A stretch of DNA of 64,000 nt. Source: Ignavibacteriota bacterium (GTDB taxonomy: Bacteria > Bacteroidota > Ignavibacteria > UBA10030 > UBA6906). The notes below the pieces were generated by a model. The model searched no databases, was not told the origin of the DNA, and worked only from the letters and a program-made list of their open reading frames with translations. The stretch spans positions 2,688,001 through 2,752,000 of the forward strand of contig CAWDEM010000008.1 in NCBI GenBank assembly GCA_963801355.1, written 5' to 3'. The position numbers were made by a program, and so were the translations under genes. Each line of letters opens with the position of its first letter. Position 1 is the first letter of the stretch. Shown in pieces: positions 47,757-56,949 of the stretch.

Positions 47757-48646
47757 CGTTCAACGGTAATGCTGGACACGCCCGCATCCACCTCGATGGA
47801 CACGTGCTCCGCCGCGCTGGAGTAGTTCTCGCTCTGGAAATGACCTTTCGCAATGCGATTGAATCCCGGAAAGCTCTTGCTTGAGAGGGGTGCATCCACG
47901 CGCACATCGCACCCTGCTTCGGACGGTACGGCGATTCTCAACGACGAAGCGCCGGCGTCGATCTTGACGCTGCTTTCCGGCACCCCCCGTCCCAGCGTGA
48001 GGACGGCATCGGTAGCGCCGCAATCCATGTTCAGGCTGCGCACTTTGAACGGACTCAGATCACAGCGCACCTTCGCAGCACCGACATCCAGAACGAGGTC
48101 CCATACGGGTTCCTTGTTCAAATGCACTTCCACATGATTGCGCATCCGGCCCGGAGGCCATCCCTTGCGCACGCCGTCAAGACTCAATGTGAAATCCGTT
48201 CCCGCGGAGTCCCCATCCCGTCTAAGCGAGTACTTGCCGAAACTCGTGACCGAATGCACTTCCACGAAATCCGCAGTCGTGTCCATGAGCCTGAACTCCC
48301 CTGCCCCGGACTCCAGCGCAAAACTGGCATTGCCGCTGCCGGGAACATACTTTTCGTGAAAGACCTGTTCCTGCGTGATCGCTCCCCCTTCCCAAGGGCC
48401 ATCCTCCCACGAAAAACTGAGCAGGGCGACAAGCACGAGCGCCAGCACGGCTGCGGCGACGATGACCGCAATGAGTCTTATGACTTTGCCTCCGAACAGG
48501 ATCGCAGCACCCCAGGCAATCAACACCACCGGCCAGTACTGCCAGGCATGATGCCACTGAAGGTTCAGGACGCCGAACCGCTCCAGAAGGAACGCGGTAC
48601 CCAGCGTCAGAAAGAACACGCCCCAGAAGACGCGGCCTGTTTTCAT
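47750..48646 (-). CDS. LiaF/DUF5668-like membrane protein with C-terminal beta-solenoid
   Basis: FWGVFFLTLG..YWPVVLIAWG transmembrane motif; repeated 'DxGAxx' rungs. Confidence 0.7.
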   Translation of the reverse strand: MKTGRVFWGVFFLTLGTAFLLERFGVLNLQWHHAWQYWPVVLIAWGAAILFGGKVIRLIAVIVAAAVLALVLVALLSFSWEDGPWEGGAITQEQVFHEKYVPGSGNASFALESGAGEFRLMDTTADFVEVHSVTSFGKYSLRRDGDSAGTDFTLSLDGVRKGWPPGRMRNHVEVHLNKEPVWDLVLDVGAAKVRCDLSPFKVRSLNMDCGATDAVLTLGRGVPESSVKIDAGASSLRIAVPSEAGCDVRVDAPLSSKSFPGFNRIAKGHFQSENYSSAAEHVSIEVDAGVSSITVERY

Positions 48647-48655
48647 GGCATCCTC

Positions 48656-48865
48656 CTACAGTTTCACGTCATTCTTTGACTTCCAGAGCAAAGCCCCGCC
48701 GATGACGATCAAGATCACCGGCCAATAGTCGCCAAAGCGAAAATCGGGAAGGAGGTTGTTCCCCAGGAAGAGGAGACCCAGGACGACAAGCACCAATCCT
48801 CCAATCAAGGAGCCATGGTCGCGTTTTTCCGTGGGCGGATTCGGTGTGGGAGTGGAGGGATCCAT
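48656..48865 (-). CDS. Small LiaI/LiaF-like (DUF5668) membrane protein
   Basis: GLVLVVLGLLFL..YWPVILIVIGGALL; SD AAAGGA. Confidence 0.7.
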   Translation of the reverse strand: MDPSTPTPNPPTEKRDHGSLIGGLVLVVLGLLFLGNNLLPDFRFGDYWPVILIVIGGALLWKSKNDVKL

Positions 48866-48966
48866 ATGTGTCCTTTCGAATTGAGAAGTATTAGACAGAA
48901 TTGGCCGGTGGCGTGAGGTAGACGATGCACTACACCTGTGTACGCAGTCGACCAGTAATTGTTACC

Positions 48967-51900
48967 CTAGCGCACGACCCGCAGGCTTCCCAGACCGCTG
49001 GTGGACGAGTAGTTGGCGTCATACATCGCTTCCGCATTCACCGGCGGCAGAACAAACGTTCCCGGCGTCACCGCCCGGACGGCATAGTAGAATTGCTGCT
49101 GCCGCTTTCCTCCGCGGAACGCCGTATAAAGAAGCATCCTGTCGTCACGAATATCCATATAGTCCGGTGTGGCCGGGTTCTGAATGAAGGCGTACGTAGT
49201 TGTTTCCGTGATCCGCGGGTTTTCTATTTCAAAACCCGCCGGCAGGAGATCACTGATCGCAACGTACGCCAGTTTGTCCACGCTGGAGGTAAGCGTCAGC
49301 CGGACCACGAGAAGGTCGTTCTGGCGGACATTCGCAATGTTCACGGCTGAACCGCTGCGATCCAGGAATTCCCGGCGGATCTGCAGATTGCGGTCTTCCA
49401 TCCTGATATTGCCATCCGTCCGGATTCCTTCCAGAGTGATACTATAATAGACGCGACCTGTCCCCTGCAGCGCGATAGTGATGGTTTTTCCATACGGAGC
49501 GAGATCGATTCGCTGTGTACCGCCGGCGTAGGCGAATTTCTCCCCGCCCACGGTTACCGTGCCCGTAACCTTTGTCGCTGACGCCATGCGCGCAGCCTTT
49601 CCAAAGGCAAGGAGTGTGAAGGCATTGTCCTGCGTACTGTACCAGGTATCATGCCGGTAGTTCTTGGAAAGATACTCCATCATCCGCGGGATGCCGGGGT
49701 TACCTGGATCCGTTTCGAGAAGGGTCATGAACATCAGCGCCATTGCACGGACCGGTGAATCGAAATCGCCGCCGGAAGTCCGTGTGGGAGACTCCACGGC
49801 AAATTGCCGCGGAAGTATGTCCGTCGCAGTGCGGCGGTCGCCGGCAAGGGCGAATGCACCGGCCAGCAGGTGCCGGGTGTCGCCGGTCAACAATGACCGT
49901 TCACTTCGATAGAAGTCCATCACCGCACGTTCGGGCCGCCCGGCCAGCGCAAGCGCATAGAGTGCATAGACCGAGCTCTTCGCGGCAATCCGCCGCACGG
50001 TCACACGGTTCGCTTCGTAGGAATAGTAATCTTCCGTCTTTTTGTCCCGCGCAATACCGCCGATCGCATCCAGGGCACGCTTCAACGTTCCCTCCATCAC
50101 CGTATACCCGGCCCGCTGCGCCTCGAAGAGGAAATGCGTCGCATAGACTGTGGTCCAGGGGTTGGAGTCGCTCCCGCCGGGCCAGTAGGCAAACGAACCG
50201 TCATGGAGCTGCATCTCCGTCACCTTGGTGATTGCTTCGTTCACATAATACGAGGGGCTGCCGGATGTCAACGCCGCGGGTGCGATGACCGAGGCGATAT
50301 CCCGGAGATAGATCTGGGGGAACGCCTTCGATACCGTTTGCTCGAGGCAGCCATGCGGGTACCCGAGCAGAGACTTCAGCTCTTTGGCAAAATTCACGAC
50401 GGGGTACGGGCTGAGCGCAACCGAGGCCTTTCGGTTTTGCGGCAGGTACGCATCAGCGATGGCATGGCTGACCGAATTTCCGCCCTCGATGTACCCGGTG
50501 ATCACATCGGTGGCAAACGGTGCGATCGGACGGATGGACAGGTCGGTCGACGATTCCAGCGACTCGCCAAATGCCTTCGTGCGTATCTTGACGGTTGCCT
50601 TGCCGATCGACCTGGTTGCTTTCAGCGCGACAATGGCATGCCGTTCCTGGTTGGCGCCGACTTCCAGGGATGCTCTCTTCTCCTGCGCCACCACACCACC
50701 GGACGTCTCAACATCGAACATCAGGGATGCAGGAGTGGCGGTGGTGTTGAATGCCGTAAGCGTCATCAGCACGGAGTCGCCCGGGCTCATGAACCGCGGA
50801 AGCCCTGGTGTCACAACGACCGGATCGGCCACTTTCATCGCCTGTTGTGCTGAGCCGAAGCGGTTTCCTTTGTAGGCAAACGCCATCAATCGTACTTCGC
50901 CGCTGAAGTCCGGAATGTCCAACATGATATCGGTCCCGCCGCTCCCCTTTGATTGTTTGATGCCGGACCAGAGAGCCAGCGGCTTGAACCGTTGGATGCC
51001 CAGCGGGTTCGTCTTCTTCCCCATTTCGGCCTCGCCCCCGCCGGTGGCGCTCCGCTGTTTCCCCTTGTCAGGTTCGGGGAGCAGGTGTTTGAAGAAGTCG
51101 GCCGTTTCCGTTTCAAGCGCCTTCCGCGCATAGAAGAAGCCGTAGGGATCCGGCGTCGCGTAGTTCTTCACCTGGCATATCCCCTCGTCGACAGCTGCGA
51201 GAGTCAGGTACACGTTTTCCTCTTTGCCGGTCACCACGGTGACCTTCTGCCTGGTCCTCGGCCGGATCTTTTCCGGTGCCTGAATTGTCACATCGATCCG
51301 GTTGGATGGCTTCTCGACCAGCAGGGGTGCGATACCATGTCCGGCCATCAAGGGGATATGCATGTCGGTTATTTTGCGGAAGAGTACCGCCGTCACATAG
51401 ACGTTCGGGAGGAATTTCTCTTCCACCGCGATGTCCGTCGATGCAGCGTTATTCATGACGTCGAGGTAGCGATAGGTGAACAGCCCGTTGCGCTCGACTG
51501 TCACCAGCAACTTGCCGCTGAACGGTGTCTGGAAGAGCACCCGGGCCTTCTCGCCGGGAGCATAGATCTTCTTGTCCAGGATGATTTCGACCCGCGCTTC
51601 CGGATCCACCTCGAACGATGTGAGATCCGACGTTCCCCAGCTGTAGGCATAGAACTGGAACTGATTGTACCCGGTGTCTCCCGCCTTTGTCACGCGAACC
51701 ACATAGTCGCCCGAACGGGGCGCGGTGTACACAACGTCGATGGGTTCCTTGCCGAGCGTGACCACGTCGCTGCGGACCAGGATTTCGCGACGTTCGGAAA
51801 CGTACCGGAGGGTCTTGGTGTCCGGATGCTGCCGGAGCACGGAGTGCCACTCGTGCCGTATGATATCCACCTTCGCGGCAAACCCCGGGATGGGTTTGTC

Positions 51901-54408
51901 GTGGATATCCACGGCGACGAGCTGCATCTTTTGCGGGGCATTGGGTGCGAGATAGAACGCGCCCGTATTCTTGATGCCGATGAAATAGGGCTTGGGATAG
52001 ACCGTCGTCACCGCACCCTGGTAGACCGGCCTGCCGGATTCGTCGAACACCGCAACACGCCCTCGTGCCTTCAGCAGCCCCGACGCCGTAAGATTTTCGG
52101 GGAGCGTGAACGCGCATTGCGCCTTTCCATTATCATCAGTCTTTCCGTTGACGATCACGGGCTCGCCTTTGTAGGGAGCTGCAGCGTCATCCGAAAAGCG
52201 GAACTCGGGAAACGCCTTCGAAACGAACGGTACCGTCACAAAAGATCCCTCGAATTCCCACGTCCGTCCGGCCGCCGGCGGCCCGAAGAAATTCAACGCC
52301 TGCAGTTCATAGCGTATGGTCTCTCCCGGCCGCGCTTCCGTGACCGACGACGTCAGCATTACCCGCAATCGATCCGGCACAAATTCCTCGACGCTCACCT
52401 TGTACGACGTCAGAAACAGGTTGGTGCCGGTGTACAGTTCGTAGCGGTATTCGCCGGTCAGGGCCGATACCTGTGTTCCCATTGATGTCTCGAACGAACC
52501 CTCCGCGTTCAGGGTATGCTGCATTTCCTGCACGAGCGTCCCCTGCGGATTGAATGCCTTCAACCGCACGGGCATCGCCGCCGGGAGAGGATGCAAAAGA
52601 TCGCGGACGATACCGGAGATGATGATCTTTTCCCCGGGACGGTAGATGTTGCGATCACCATACAGGAGAGCATCGTATTGACCCGCCCCGTCGCGACGCC
52701 CGGCGACATCAAAACGGGATGTTTCCACCCGGTAGTCGTCCAGGTTGATAAAGTTGTAGTCTGCATCTGTCTCCGCGGTGATGAGTTTCAGGGTGAAGTC
52801 CCTGGCCTGCGCCCCATAGTCAGGGAAGCGTGCCACCCCGTCTCCGTCCGTCGTTGCCGTTCCCATCACCTGATTATTGGTGGAATGCAGGGTCATCCGC
52901 ACCCCCGCTATCGGCTCCGTCGTCACAAGGTTGGTGGCGAACACCACAAGTTCTTGCGCGCTCTGCTTCACAATCATGCCGATGTCGGAAACCGCAACGA
53001 GCTTGGAAGTCGACCGCCAGCCCTGCGCCGGGTCGGCAATTTCGATGACATAGTAGCCCTTGTATCCGGTCGAAAGGAAGCGTGTGAGGTCGAACCATGT
53101 GCTGACCTGGCGGTTGGCGGGACTGGCGATACTGAGCGTATCGTAGCTGAGCTGCCGGCCATAGTTGCCGACATGGTAGCGGTACTTCGGAGTGATCCTG
53201 CGTCCGTCTTCGGACTCTTCGTCATAGTCGCCGTACGAGTAGTCATAGTAGCGGCCGTTCTCAATGAAGTACACCAAATTGTTCTGAAACAGCTGACTGA
53301 CGCGGACCGCGAGGCGCGGCATGTTGATCGTGGTGATTTCCAGCGTGTGTTTTCCCCCCAGCAGCATGTACGTGCCCGGACCTGAGGCAAAACCGAACGA
53401 CGGCGCGACATTACCCATGACAATATCCGCCTCGTACTCATGCTGTGTTGTGCCGCCCAGGACGCTTTCCATCCCCTGTGTGATGCGCAATCGGATCGCC
53501 GTACCGGGTTCAAATGCACCCTGCAGGGTGAACCCGTCGCCATCATTCCGGACAGTGTATGGACGCACCGGTTCGATCACGACATGACGGCGAACCATCG
53601 CAGAGTCGATCTCCTGGGATGTGCGCACCTTGATCCATCCGCGGGAGCCGTCAGTTCCGGATTCTTGTCCGTAGATCTGCACCTCTCCCAGTGCGGGCAT
53701 ATGGTACACGAAGGGTTTGCCTTTGGTGATATGCGTTTGCGTTTCCGGCGACACCAGTCCCTCGCCGACCACGATCGCGATATCGCGTTCCTTGTCAAGC
53801 TGTGTGACTGTCCCGACCTCGATGGCTATCACTTTGCTCTTCTCCGCCGTCATCACCCGGTCGATTCCGTGGGGCGCGCCATCAATCGTCAGCGTGATAT
53901 GCGCCGGAATATCCTGCGGTGCAACGGCATAGGTGAACTCCAGGTTCGCCCTGATGCCCACCTGGCGTTTCTCGCCTATGCGGTCATAGAAGAACTCCGC
54001 CTGCCGCAGTGTGAAACTCTCCGTGAAAAAAGTAAACTCGTCCGGCCCTTCATACGTCGCCGCGCCGGACATCCGGGCAAGCAGTGCAGTGTTCAGCTTC
54101 GCCGTGAAGTGCGCATCTCCCGGGAGTTGACCGTCAGGACTGAACACGAGCCTGGTGGTGTCTTCCCAGACGAATTTCCCGGGGATTGCGGGCGTGAAAG
54201 CAATGAAGGGCGTCTCCGTCCATTGGTTGATCGAATCTGCAGATACCACCGCACGCGAGAACGTGAGCGGTATCATGGCATCGCGGCCCATTACGCCTGA
54301 AGGAAACGGCGACGTGACACGCAGGACGTCGGCGCCGGGCCCGCCGCATTGCAGAGCCAGGACGGCAAGAACCAGCAGAGCTGGCAGCACCACCAGGAAT
54401 CGCTTCAT
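48967..54408 (-). CDS. Bacterial alpha-2-macroglobulin family lipoprotein
   Basis: Lipobox-like LALQC; DRNIYRPGE, VEEFVPDR and AAVDEG; thioester YPHGCLEQ; DLLPAGFEIEN, DIRDDR and AEAMY. Confidence 0.93.
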   Translation of the reverse strand: MKRFLVVLPALLVLAVLALQCGGPGADVLRVTSPFPSGVMGRDAMIPLTFSRAVVSADSINQWTETPFIAFTPAIPGKFVWEDTTRLVFSPDGQLPGDAHFTAKLNTALLARMSGAATYEGPDEFTFFTESFTLRQAEFFYDRIGEKRQVGIRANLEFTYAVAPQDIPAHITLTIDGAPHGIDRVMTAEKSKVIAIEVGTVTQLDKERDIAIVVGEGLVSPETQTHITKGKPFVYHMPALGEVQIYGQESGTDGSRGWIKVRTSQEIDSAMVRRHVVIEPVRPYTVRNDGDGFTLQGAFEPGTAIRLRITQGMESVLGGTTQHEYEADIVMGNVAPSFGFASGPGTYMLLGGKHTLEITTINMPRLAVRVSQLFQNNLVYFIENGRYYDYSYGDYDEESEDGRRITPKYRYHVGNYGRQLSYDTLSIASPANRQVSTWFDLTRFLSTGYKGYYVIEIADPAQGWRSTSKLVAVSDIGMIVKQSAQELVVFATNLVTTEPIAGVRMTLHSTNNQVMGTATTDGDGVARFPDYGAQARDFTLKLITAETDADYNFINLDDYRVETSRFDVAGRRDGAGQYDALLYGDRNIYRPGEKIIISGIVRDLLHPLPAAMPVRLKAFNPQGTLVQEMQHTLNAEGSFETSMGTQVSALTGEYRYELYTGTNLFLTSYKVSVEEFVPDRLRVMLTSSVTEARPGETIRYELQALNFFGPPAAGRTWEFEGSFVTVPFVSKAFPEFRFSDDAAAPYKGEPVIVNGKTDDNGKAQCAFTLPENLTASGLLKARGRVAVFDESGRPVYQGAVTTVYPKPYFIGIKNTGAFYLAPNAPQKMQLVAVDIHDKPIPGFAAKVDIIRHEWHSVLRQHPDTKTLRYVSERREILVRSDVVTLGKEPIDVVYTAPRSGDYVVRVTKAGDTGYNQFQFYAYSWGTSDLTSFEVDPEARVEIILDKKIYAPGEKARVLFQTPFSGKLLVTVERNGLFTYRYLDVMNNAASTDIAVEEKFLPNVYVTAVLFRKITDMHIPLMAGHGIAPLLVEKPSNRIDVTIQAPEKIRPRTRQKVTVVTGKEENVYLTLAAVDEGICQVKNYATPDPYGFFYARKALETETADFFKHLLPEPDKGKQRSATGGGEAEMGKKTNPLGIQRFKPLALWSGIKQSKGSGGTDIMLDIPDFSGEVRLMAFAYKGNRFGSAQQAMKVADPVVVTPGLPRFMSPGDSVLMTLTAFNTTATPASLMFDVETSGGVVAQEKRASLEVGANQERHAIVALKATRSIGKATVKIRTKAFGESLESSTDLSIRPIAPFATDVITGYIEGGNSVSHAIADAYLPQNRKASVALSPYPVVNFAKELKSLLGYPHGCLEQTVSKAFPQIYLRDIASVIAPAALTSGSPSYYVNEAITKVTEMQLHDGSFAYWPGGSDSNPWTTVYATHFLFEAQRAGYTVMEGTLKRALDAIGGIARDKKTEDYYSYEANRVTVRRIAAKSSVYALYALALAGRPERAVMDFYRSERSLLTGDTRHLLAGAFALAGDRRTATDILPRQFAVESPTRTSGGDFDSPVRAMALMFMTLLETDPGNPGIPRMMEYLSKNYRHDTWYSTQDNAFTLLAFGKAARMASATKVTGTVTVGGEKFAYAGGTQRIDLAPYGKTITIALQGTGRVYYSITLEGIRTDGNIRMEDRNLQIRREFLDRSGSAVNIANVRQNDLLVVRLTLTSSVDKLAYVAISDLLPAGFEIENPRITETTTYAFIQNPATPDYMDIRDDRMLLYTAFRGGKRQQQFYYAVRAVTPGTFVLPPVNAEAMYDANYSSTSGLGSLRVVR

Positions 54409-54419
54409 GACTGCGCCTT

Positions 54420-56756
54420 TCAAAAAACGTGTGCGACCATTTTCACCGTCACGTGTACAGATGACATCCGCCCCCTGTCATCCAGGCACGCGATGGTATG
54501 ATCCCCTTCCTTCATGTCTACAAACAGCCTGTCACCCGGTTTCCGGCTCCCGAGGAATGCATTGTCCAGATACCAACGGTGTTCACGGACGTCAACGCTC
54601 GACCCGGCCTGCAATGGCAATCCTCCGGCCCCCGGATCGAGATAGTACGTCATCCGGTCTCCCGGAGTGATAATGCTGGGACCCTCACCCATGGCTATCT
54701 GTGCACAGGAGGGGTTATGCGGCGGCACGACAGCGTTGCGCACTCCCTGCCGGCTCCAGAAATGCAGCAATTCGGGAGCATACTGCACCATGGTTGTCGC
54801 GACGTACGGATGATCACCAAGACACGACGCACAATAGCTCATCGTCCGATCCGGCGACAGCAGCACTTCCCGGCATACGTCGCATTGCCGCGTCTGCGAA
54901 GTCGTCGATGAACAGAGATCGTCAACAAGGCGTGCACAGCGCGGAGAGGGGGAGAGACCACTCAACGCACATACCCGCCGCAACCGCAGGTCTCCGGGCG
55001 GCGCGAGAATCTCCCTGCGAGGCATTCGTGACAGCGAAGTAAACAGATCGATGAGCAACGGAGCGGCGGACTTGCTCCCGACCAGCTCCGGGTTCCCCCG
55101 GTTGTTGACGTTGCCGATCCAGACGCCGATGGTGTACTCGGACGAGTAGCCGATGCTCCATGCGTCACGACGTCCATAGCTGGTGCCTGTTTTGAAAGCG
55201 ACCCTCGGCAGCATCAAGGCCGATTCAAAGTTGTTCGGGAGATCCGGGCGCTCCAGGCCGGAGAGAATATCGGTCACCATGTACGCGGTCGCGGCGCCGA
55301 ACAAGCGCCGGTCCAGCGTCGTATCCACGGGGTCGCCGGCGATGTAACGCAACGGACGGTAGACACCTCCTGCAGGAAATATTGCATAGGCGGCTGTCAT
55401 TTCCTCGAGTGTGACACCGCAGCCTCCGAGAATCATGCTGAGCCCGAGGCGGGGCCGCTGACCTGCCAGTGACGAGATCCCTATCCCTCCGAGAAAATCC
55501 AGAAACGGCGACAGACCGGATTTCTTCAGGAGCCGCACCATCGGCACATTGAGGGATCGCTGCAGGGCTTCCGATGCGTACACCAGTCCATTGTACGTGC
55601 CATCGTAGTTCTCGGCATAGAATCCCTCCGCGTCATAGGGTGTATCGAGCATCATCGTGCGTGGCGTGAGCATCCCCTTTTCCATTTCGACAGCGTAGAG
55701 AAATGGTTTCAACGTGGATCCCGGAGACCGGATGGCACGCACTGCATCCACCTGCCCTCCGCACGCCTCGTCGTCAAAATCTCCCGTTCCGGCATACGCA
55801 CGGACCTCCCGGGTCGCGTTATCGACAACGAGAACGGCCCCATTGTTGACCCCGACGCGTTTCCACGTCCTCAGATGCTGCGCGAGCAGCGCGGCCACCC
55901 GCTGCTGCACATCGAGGTCGAGTGAACTCCGTATGTCCGGCTCATTCCTTCTAAGCGCTTGGATCCTCGCTGAAAAGTGCGGCGCTTCCCGCGGCAGTGA
56001 TCCGCGTGACGCACCGGCGGGTGTCGAACGGATCACACACGAATCATCCTCCGAGATGTAGCCCATCGCCTGCCAGGCCGCCGCATGCCGGACGCGTGAG
56101 GCCAGAAGCTTTTCACCGCACCTATCGGGCCGCAAACGGTTGGGATCATTGGGAATCAGGATCAGATCGATGAGACGGGCAATGTTCAGCCGCTCGAGCG
56201 GTGTCTGATAGTAGATCAGTGATGCCGAACGCAATCCTTCGAGATTCCCGCCAAGGGGGATAGTGGAGAGATACATTTCCAACAGCTCATCCTTGGAATA
56301 CCGCCATTCCAACTGCAGGGCCCGGAACATCTCGGCCAGCTTGCCGGCGTAGGTGCGCTCTTTCGGCTCACGCATGCGCGCGATCTGCATGGTAATCGTA
56401 GACGCACCCGACAGGCGCCGCCCGGTTTGCACATTCTGCACGGCCGCGCGGGCGATCGCAAACGGATTGATGCCGGGATGGTAATAGAACCAGCGATCCT
56501 CCTTGGCGAGGAGCATCTGCTTCAAGCGATCGGGGATTTCATCCGGGGAGGTGCGCAGACGCCAGATCCCATCCGGGGCAAGAAATGCGTGCACCAGCTT
56601 GCCGTTTCTGTCTTCCACCACAAGCGAATACGGGCGCATGGGCGGCAGGGGGAACATCGCATCCGCGGCGAGAAACAGACCGAGTCCGCCGATGGCCACA
56701 CAGAGTGCGCGAAGCAACAACATCCGAAAAGCCGTCGCACCGAATACGTTCACCAC
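54420..56756 (-). CDS. pbpC: Penicillin-binding protein 1C
   Basis: Transglycosylase EDRWF and GASTITMQ; transpeptidase STLK, SLN and KTGT; adjacent to alpha-2-macroglobulin. Confidence 0.92.
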   Translation of the reverse strand: MVNVFGATAFRMLLLRALCVAIGGLGLFLAADAMFPLPPMRPYSLVVEDRNGKLVHAFLAPDGIWRLRTSPDEIPDRLKQMLLAKEDRWFYYHPGINPFAIARAAVQNVQTGRRLSGASTITMQIARMREPKERTYAGKLAEMFRALQLEWRYSKDELLEMYLSTIPLGGNLEGLRSASLIYYQTPLERLNIARLIDLILIPNDPNRLRPDRCGEKLLASRVRHAAAWQAMGYISEDDSCVIRSTPAGASRGSLPREAPHFSARIQALRRNEPDIRSSLDLDVQQRVAALLAQHLRTWKRVGVNNGAVLVVDNATREVRAYAGTGDFDDEACGGQVDAVRAIRSPGSTLKPFLYAVEMEKGMLTPRTMMLDTPYDAEGFYAENYDGTYNGLVYASEALQRSLNVPMVRLLKKSGLSPFLDFLGGIGISSLAGQRPRLGLSMILGGCGVTLEEMTAAYAIFPAGGVYRPLRYIAGDPVDTTLDRRLFGAATAYMVTDILSGLERPDLPNNFESALMLPRVAFKTGTSYGRRDAWSIGYSSEYTIGVWIGNVNNRGNPELVGSKSAAPLLIDLFTSLSRMPRREILAPPGDLRLRRVCALSGLSPSPRCARLVDDLCSSTTSQTRQCDVCREVLLSPDRTMSYCASCLGDHPYVATTMVQYAPELLHFWSRQGVRNAVVPPHNPSCAQIAMGEGPSIITPGDRMTYYLDPGAGGLPLQAGSSVDVREHRWYLDNAFLGSRKPGDRLFVDMKEGDHTIACLDDRGRMSSVHVTVKMVAHVF

Positions 56757-56810
56757 GCCTGACCGTCCGGAACACGTGAGAGAGAAAATTGCAGATCGGA
56801 AGGTTCACCG

Positions 56811-56839
56811 AATATAGCCAAGGCGTTCTGTGAAAGCAA
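56811..56839 (-). promoter_or_regulatory. Sigma70-type promoter candidate for pbpC
   Basis: TTGCTT-17 nt-TATATT. Confidence 0.5.
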
Positions 56840-56894
56840 GGAAGCCGGAGCCATGACAGGCACGCACGACAGACATGCAGGTAATGTCTTCCCT

Positions 56895-56923
56895 TTGGCA
56901 ATTCACACGATTTTTCGTATACT
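56895..56923 (+). promoter_or_regulatory. Sigma70-type promoter candidate for the GH38 gene
   Basis: TTGGCA-17 nt-TATACT. Confidence 0.5.
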
Positions 56924-56949
56924 CTCCCACCATCTCTCGGAGATCCTTC

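Noticed and set aside
48967-56756. pbpC plus alpha-2-macroglobulin as a novel system
   Set aside because: A well-known conserved pairing with an intact CLEQ thioester motif.
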